From positions 124,001-188,000 of the forward strand of contig NMRA01000248.1 in NCBI GenBank assembly GCA_002633005.1: DNA of 64,000 bases. The letters run 5' to 3'. The notes beneath the pieces were generated by a model. It did not search any database. It had not been told where the DNA came from and saw only the letters and a program-made list of their open reading frames with translations. A program made the translations under genes and the position numbers. Of this stretch, positions 50,301-59,300 are shown in pieces (within the stretch, counting starts at the first letter, position 1; the number at the start of each line of letters is the position of its first letter). This DNA comes from Phoronis australis. Taxonomy: Eukaryota > Animalia > Phoronida.

Positions 50301-53300
50301 GGGATCAGGAGCTCTAATAATAGAATACGTTGGTTACGTGCGGGAGTTGGCATTCGAGGGCTGGAGTTCTATGGTTTACACCGAGTGGTCTTAAAGTGCT
50401 TAAATTCCACAATTTCGTATCAAAACATTAAAAAACAAAAAAAAAAAACAACCCCAGCAGTCTACCAGCTACCAACACCCGCGAACGTTATCCGACGATA
50501 TGTTGATTAGCTGGTCTCTAGTTACGAGCATTTATTGGTCGAAACGTACTACGTAAAATCGGGACAACCAATCACACCACTAGTCATCTTCCATTCTGTT
50601 TAGCAAAAAATCGTCGGATATTACTTCTAGATTTTCATGGTTTGTGGTATAAAATGGAAGGGCAAGGTGTTCGTTTTTGGTGGTTATGACAACTAAGTAT
50701 TTGGCCATGCTGTGGATCTTTTCACTTTCCCACGGGACATCGGAAAAGCTAGGATTTGGCGCGAGTTTGTACAAGGAACTCGCGTGCTGATGGAGATGAC
50801 ACACTGGATCTGGGTACGTTCACGTTTCGTGAACACAAAGTCACAGAGGCTGTGCGGCGACTCGGACTCGGTGCACTTGTTCTCAACGGTCGTATAAGCT
50901 ACATGCGGACTTACAACTCTCTCAGGATTAAAAATACGTTTTGTCTTCGTTATTGCTACACGTCGTTGATTCACTATTATGGCGATCAACTGAATGCCTG
51001 GCGGGAGATTTGAGTAACAGCCCTGCTACTTTTGACCTGGGATAAGTAGTAAACATATTTATGATCGACATATGTCCCGAATAATAGATAAATGATACGT
51101 GCGTCGCAAACTCGTTACCAGAGACGAAAAGGAGACCGAGTTAGGCGATATAAGGTTATTTATTATGACTAATACAATTACAATATAATGAATACCGGTA
51201 ACATACAAATGGTAATCTCTGGTAAGATGGGCAATAAAAAGCGCCACAAGAGATGTTGTAAAAACGCATTCCCCTCCTTTGAAAGTGGTTTTGCTAAGTC
51301 TTTTTCCCGTCACATGGTACATATTTCGTATCTGAAGTTCCCAGAGAATGAAGATGGGGTATTTTGCTTGACGTATCTGAAATATTGTAAAAACGGCCCA
51401 TTTTTTGTGAATAAGGTTTGAGGTATCCTAGTGCTATACGAAAAGTACCACGAACAGTCCTCACGCGGTACAAAGATGTCATTTCTTCTATATTTTATTT
51501 CTTGTAAGGCTTCAAAGGACGAAAGCCCGATGAAGCCGTATAAAACCAAAATTAGAACCTGTTATTACGGATTAATGATCTGTTATTACAAATTGGTAAA
51601 ATGTAATTTGGGATTAACACTCTTACTTAAAACCCGTGCCACACCGTGGTGGATAAGGCCTCTGTGACCGAACGCCATCGAATCCTATTCTTCTGCATCT
51701 GTCTTATTTGCTGCTTGTTGTATCCGGTTTCACGAAGTTCGGCTTCCATTGCCCTCCTCCACGTTAAGACTGGTCTTCCCTGGTCGACAACTTCCTTGCG
51801 GGTTCCAGGACAGGGCTTGTTTCGTGATGCTTTCGTCAGGTTTTCTGAGGGTGTGTCCAACCCACCTCCATTTTCGCCGCCAAATCTCTTCATTTGGGAT
51901 TCTATCCGACCATTCAATCTGTAGGATTTGTCACAGACATCTATTTACAAAGACCTGGACTCTATTAACCAATGTTTTTTTGCAAGTCTCCTCGTCTCTG
52001 AACCGTAAAGAAAAACAGACGTCACATTAGAGTTGAAGATTCTTAAATTTGACTAGAGTGAGTAGGTCTTTGAGCGCCATACTGGCTTTAGCATATAGCG
52101 TGTGTCTGACGAGATTTCTTGATGCGTGCTTTAATGTCCTCTTCCGTTCCCCCACTTGTGCTAACGACACTCCCCAGATAAGTAAACTCTGAGACATCTT
52201 CAGGATAACATTATTTACTTGTCTGCTATGTATACGCATCGTCTTAATCTTCTCGGTGTTGATGGACAGACCTACTCGTTTAGGAGTCTCTGACAGTGCG
52301 GCTGTCCTTGTACACAAATCTTGGAAGCCGTGTGACAGAAGACATAAGTCATCTGCATGCTCTAGGTTATCTAATCGTTTCGTAAATGTCCATTGGATTC
52401 CTGCTGGTTGACCCGAAAAAACAACTTTGGTAATCCAGTCCAGTACTACTAGGAACAGTAAAGGAGAGAGAAGGCAACCATGTCGGACTCCTGAATTAAC
52501 AGGGAACGGTTGAGTCAGCTGTCCTTCATGCAACACCTGACATGTAAAGTCTTCGTAAAGTTTTGTAACTAGTATGACAATTTTCACAGGTTTACCATAG
52601 TGCCTCAGAATCTTCCAGGTAGCGTTTCGACCAATACTATCAAAGGCCTTACGAAAGTCTATAAAATTCATGTAGAGGGAGGAATTGCACTCATTGATTG
52701 TTCACGAGTCTCGCTTGATGATTCCATTGTGTACAAAAACGGCAAATTGAAAATGAAGCAATGAAATTAGGCTTGATTTGATAGCTACAGCACTCGATGA
52801 AAACTCAGTCCAGCTGATAATCGGAAATTCACAGTGCAAACTGTCGCAAGATATTTCGGGGTCGCCTGCTCAATTATTTATGGTTCATGTGTGGGAGTTG
52901 TCAATAATTTGTTGTCGAACTCACATATGTAGGGTTTGTGTTCATTTTCTAGGACATTAGAAAGAAAACGACACACTTACGTTGTTGAGTAGTTTAATAC
53001 TTGCTACTCTCAATATGTCGGTATAATACATGTAGTAACCGGTTTATTTATAATTGTCAAAAAATAAAATAAGCCACTTTAATTCTTCAGCCACCTGGAT
53101 GGAACATTTTACTTACGTCCAAGATGCAGCAATAAGCGGATACAATAATGAGAGGTTGGGCGTCGCTAAAAACGAATGCCTCAAACGGTGTCACGATTCG
53201 GTCAAATGCAAAACTGTAGATTTCTTCGAAAAAACAGGTAAGGTTGTTTTCTTAAGTGTCTCTACGATCTGTGTTAACAGCGCTGTTTAATCACACTCAA

Positions 53301-56300
53301 GTGTTCAATGAAATGTTTTACTTTTCTTAGCAAAAATCTCACTTCTTCAATCCGTAAGCAGTCGCATTTCACAAGTCAAATGGTTCAATGAACACAACAA
53401 AACCCTCCGGTTGGATACCTACATGTCTGACCAGTTGTTTAAGAAACGAGACAAAATTATCTTCACTGTTACTATTAGTTACTGATTGGACCATGAAAAT
53501 CCTGCATCAGGTACCTCATTCAGTGTTTGAAACACCAAATGTATGCAATATCTACCGAAAACAAAATACATTTTTGTGTTATATTTTCCATTTTCTGTAA
53601 GACTTATGTCCTATCTTATCTAATGTCTTTTCTTGCTATAATATGTTTGTATAATGTCAATGTTTAAAGAGGCGATATCGCAGAGGACCCCTGGCATCCG
53701 GATTTACTGTGCTTTACTTCCTAGTAGCACACGTTTTTAACCCTTATTAAATGGTTAGAAGAAATCATAAGGAACCACGCAGTACCTATCCCATAACCAA
53801 TATACAATCCATAGTCGAAGAAAGTTTAAATAAACGCGTCGCTCAAGATTCCGACCCGAAGAACACACCGTCATTTTGAACTAATCGCGAAACCGGAAGT
53901 ACAATTCATTCAGGAACCCAGGCTTAAGAATGCTGGCTGTGCGACTGGAGCAGTGTCTGTTACCAGCCTGCAAACGGGGATAAAATAATCGACAGTGGAC
54001 CTTAACTTTAATGAAACCAAAATAGGGACAATTTGTACTGAAACTGTTTACAAAATGGAGCAAAATAAATTTTGCTTTCATTCTCTTGAAGCTCCCTTCA
54101 AAAGCCATCATGGTTTTGTTTCATACAATAGAGTTCTTAATAAGGCAAATTACCGTTCCTCGTAACATTTTATACCTCCATGGACTACATAATTTTAGTG
54201 ATTGCTCCTGGGGGTCCAGGGGGGAGTTGCCCCCAGGTGCCAGCAAAGGGGTACAAGGGAGGAGTGCAAACCGGGTGGGCGATAAATGGGTGTTGACCCC
54301 CTTCTATGGGGTTCATGGGAGCAGTGCTAAACATGTAAAACCAATGGGGTATACCACACGAGTGTTAAGCCCCTCCCATCGTCACAAATTTTGGTTGTTC
54401 CCCTCACCATTAACAACATGTGCTGAGGTGGTGATAAAGTTTGTCCCTCGTTTTGAGCATTCCACCCGGTCCAAGGACTTTTGCTTGTAATGACTGGTGG
54501 CCATCATGTTTTCCAACTTTTCCTTACAAAGTGCTCCCAGCTCACTGCTCGTTTCATGTCCACCCAACAATTTTGAATGTGTTTCCTATAGAATACGCCA
54601 GGCTGGTATACCTGTGCAGACAATTGGTTTGTGCACTGGGTGTAACACAAGTAAGAAGAAGAAAGAAAGACAATTTATCACTATCACAACACTGTATTCC
54701 ATTTTGCTACTCCCTCACATATAATGTTTGTAGAAGTACATTGACAACAAAGTATGTGCAGAAGGCACAGCGTAACCTGTGCTGTAGCGTTCACTGCAGA
54801 AGAAAACGGCATCGGGACTGCGATCGACTTGTCTTCCAACCCTGAACAGAACACACAAAATGAAAGATAATGCGTCATATTATTGAATAACAAATAATCC
54901 TTACCTTTCTGCATCCTTAGCAAACGTAAAAAATGACACGTCTGGGGTTTTCGTGGATGAATTAGTGCGATTTATCGCACTGCAAAATGCGCCATTCCGA
55001 TTGTTATCGCTCTTCCTACTTGACCGTTGCTTATTCACCACTTGGCGGTGCTAGTAGTAGCGATAATTGCGAACTCACAAGTGAACTTTCCTACTATACT
55101 ACACTCCTTGGTTCCACCCGCTAGAAAATTTATTCCACTATTTAGATTTTCTTAGACTTTCAATGTGCTATAGAGATGCCCGAGAGCTTCCAGTTGGTAC
55201 ATATTTCATTACTATTGGAAGTGTGTGTTACCCTATTTTTTAACTAACGCCCGAAGACTGCTTCATTTGCGGACGTATACGACAGCTGTTGTGCCCTCTA
55301 GTGACACTTTTATTCTTCCGTTTTCTTCTGTATCTTTGAGTTCCTTGGCAGAGTTTTATGAAATTTGTTACATAGGTATCTATTGACAAACCGATGACAC
55401 CTTTGTGTTCTCAGATAGATTTGACGTAGTGCACGCCTCCTAGTGGTCATTTTATTACTTTTGAGCTTGTTTTTGCGTCGGTCAATCTCAGAATGATGAA
55501 TATGAAAATTGGCAGTTGTGTTTCTAATGGGAAGAGGGGCTGGCGACGTTGTTCGAACGGCTACCATTACCGTGGCGCCTCCTAGTAACAGTGTTTTTTT
55601 GCGTCCGTGGCTTTATCTCCTAAATCCTCTGCAGAATCTTTGTTAAACTTGGCAAGTGCATTTGTAAGAACGAGAACGGATGTTAAAGTCCTTGTCTCAC
55701 GCGTTGTTAACCCTTATTACATGGTTAGAAGATGTTATAAGGATCCAAGAAGTACCTACCCCATAACTAATACACGATCCGTACTCGAAAACAGTTTAAA
55801 TGAACGCGCCACTCACGATTCGCACCCGAAGAAACACCGCCATTTTGAACTTGCCGCGAACCCGGAAGTACAATTCATTCAGGAACCCAGGCCGAGAAAA
55901 CGCCGTCAGTGCGACTGGAGCAGTGCCTGTACTGTTACCAGCCAGCAAACGGGGATAAAAAAATCGACAGCGCGCCTTAATTTTGATAAAATCAAACTAC
56001 GGACAATTTTATGGAATTTGCTGAAGAAATGTGGCGAATAAATTTTGACAGAAATTATTTTGCCAGACTCGGGACCGCAGCCTATCGGACCCGGTGCGGA
56101 TCGAGACCAGACACTGGCGAACGGTAAATGCATGCGGTTGCAAGCTGTTTTGTCGAAGTAAAATGGTCAAATGATAAATGCTGCATATATTCAAGGGTAG
56201 TTTCAGACACTTGCATGAAATTACGGGCTGGTTAGTCCTGTGTCACACTGCCGCGGCAGACCTTAGTTAGCCTCAGTCACCAGCTACCAGTGAAGACTAT

Positions 56301-59300
56301 AGTCAAAATACAGCTTGTTAGTAGGCCTATACAGCTTTGCGCCAAGACTACCCTTAGGCCTAACTGGTCGCTGGCCACAAACACAAAAAACACGAAAATT
56401 GAACAAAGTTTCTTTTTTGTAGCAACGTTTGTCAAAATGTATCAACGTTAAATCTTCACAAATTACAAAGTAGCCGATTGAACATGCCTTTCAGTTCAGC
56501 AAAAGTCGACATTGTAGGTGCCGCCAGAAATGAGACGAAGTCCAACGGGAATTGTGAGCACATTTATCACTTAATGAGTAACAACTGCGAGGCTGAAATT
56601 TGGTGAACACTGCTAAATCGTGCAGAATAGTAAGTAAAGATATGTCTAACTAAATTTCACCGTAATTTGTTGGCGAAAACAATTTACACAAAGTTTTAAA
56701 CTCGTAACTCATCCCGCTGTCCTCCAATATGGCCGACGCGATCCAAACAAAGTGACCCAAATTTCGCCACAAAACTTGCAATAACTTTACAGTGCTTGCC
56801 CCGATTTTGATACTTTTTCGATTTTTACTGAGTAGAATGTACTACCTTTCCGATGATAGCAAAGTACTTTTTCAAAACGAGGAAAAAAATAAAACCGAAA
56901 AAAAATTGGTTCGACCCATATTGGTTCCTAGGTTCGACCCGCCTACGTAAGGAACTAAACACCAATGCTATTTTAACATACTAAGTACGCGTAACATTCC
57001 AAAAAAATCAACGACCACTAACTACAAACTATAAATACACTACATATGCAAACGAATCACGATATATTACTAATAAAACAAAATAATGAAGACTTTTCGA
57101 GCAAGCCATAGCACATTCAGTTACAAGGAAAAAATGGCGGCGTTCAGGACAAGTTCCTGAACTGATGAGCCGGAAATGTGGGTACGGAAATAACCGATGA
57201 CAACCGGTAATCATACGCTCAGAGAGAAGGGTCAAATACTGTTACAAAATCGCTTTTGGCAAGAAAGGCGAAAAGAATATAAAGAAAGGGTGTCGAAAAT
57301 AAGAATTTATGTAGTAAGTATTTTCGGATACTGGAACCACATGGGCAGTTTGCAACAAGGACTTTAACGACTTTCAGACAAATCCAACTTCCGCTGTGAC
57401 TACTAGCGGCAGTTTTACTCTGTGTCTTTGAAGTTCGTTGCCGTATTTGTATAAAATTTGACAATGAAGTTACTATTAAAAAAGGCATTGCTACCTTTCC
57501 GTTTTCAAATTGTCATTTCATAATTTTTGATTTAGTGTTTTGGCGCCCGTCTCTACTGGTCAAATCACTCTTAAGTAGCAAATTCTGATAGAACCTATAG
57601 AATCAAAAAATTCTACATGACCAGTCACAGAATTGACTGAAATTTTACCAGTGGATTAATATCCACCTCAAAAGACACCAACCACCATAATACACTCATT
57701 GACCTCTTCGTTTACTTTTATACACCCCTGAATTTTTTACTTGAAACATGCAAAAAAGTAAGGTAAAAATGACCTCTTTTGGTAACAGAACTAACCTGTG
57801 TAGATTGAAAACAGATATTCAATACTGTGTAGCATGTATATTAGTCATTCTCCAGTCCACAAATATAATTTGCATAGAAATGAAATTACCGTGCTTCGTG
57901 GGGGTACTCGTGTTGTCATACCACCTAATTTGAATAGCCAAACTCAACGTTATTGGCAAGGGTATAACAAGCTGTAAGAAAATGACTCATGAAATTTGAA
58001 GACGATGAACAGAAGTTACCATAATAAAGGTCAGAAGTCTGGTATTTTTTATTTCATGCTTAGATATTCGACTGAAATGTGCATTTTTGGTTGTCAAGTG
58101 TCAAGTACTTGCTGTAATTGCTTTTAGTAATATAAAATACAAACAGTGACTGAAAGTTTTTAATTGACAGTAGAAACGTTACAGTGTATTTAGCGAGTAG
58201 AATTATATTGGCAGTTTCTTTGCTCACAGACTTTTTGGTTGTATCAGAGTTGTCATCAGGCTTTTAGTGAAGAGGGTAATTTCAGCAAGTGACTCCTTGT
58301 GCCGCTACAGTAGTAGAACTTCCTGCTCATAGAAATATGGCTGTTGTAGTGTACAGTTTTAAGAGGTAGTCTCCATGAAAATGCTCACATGAAGAGGTCG
58401 TTATCAAAATGGGAAGCTGAGCAATCTACATGAAATGTGAGTGAGTCAGTTTTTGAGTATGAACTCACCTGGTCAGAGTGGGCATGTTTGGTATATAGGA
58501 AATATATACAAAATATTTGTACTAATCGTTGTTTCCGTAAGGGTTAAGTCCAAGGGGGAGCTTCAGATACCGACAAAATTCTCGTCAGATAATTATTTGA
58601 CAGACATCACGGTGTACAGTTTTTAAAAATGCCAGCTACACTTATTTCAGAAACACCAAGTTCATTGGATTTAATAATTACATCCTCCAGCAGGTTTACG
58701 TATTACAAACTCTCACCCTAACACCTCACTACATCACCAGCCTCAAAGAATGTCCTACCTGCAAATGTTTGAATTCAGGAACAAGAGCCATTATCTGGAT
58801 TATCATGTTGAAGTAAATGGAAATAGGACATTTTATGCAAGGGGAAATTTTTACACTCACGCCAGTTATACAGGAATTGTCTAACAAAGGCAGCTTTTTA
58901 GGTGCACAATAATCCAGAAAAGCCATAACATCAATGGCAAAAATTGGTTTATGCAGTCAAGATTCTTTCCGAGTGGCCGCTTAAGCAAAAATTGCTAAAA
59001 ATTCTTTGGGCTAAAACGTATTGTCTCTGAACTACATGTAACAACACAGCTCTCAAATCACAGAGACGATTTCATACCCCATTTCTAAGCCTGTTGAAAG
59101 GTAAAAGTTATTTTTTTCTGGTTACATGGTGCACTCAGTACCAATTTGAAGTGAATGTCACCCCACATGAAAATCGCTAGGGTTAACAGAAAATGGGTGT
59201 GACGGCTCAGTTGCAGTTCTAATTTTGGCATTCCTGTCTATGACAAGAATTTGTCCCTCAAATTATGCGTCAACCTGTTATAGAACAGAAAGCACATTCC

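Noticed and set aside
54086-54923. Overlapping 134-aa ORFs with several cysteines
   Set aside because: No consistent splice sites or domain pattern; PAN domain 3 is already completed by exon 60278.
55607-56041. 144-aa ORF
   Set aside because: Lies within a dispersed repeat whose second copy (about 53700-54010) does not keep the frame; no domain similarity.
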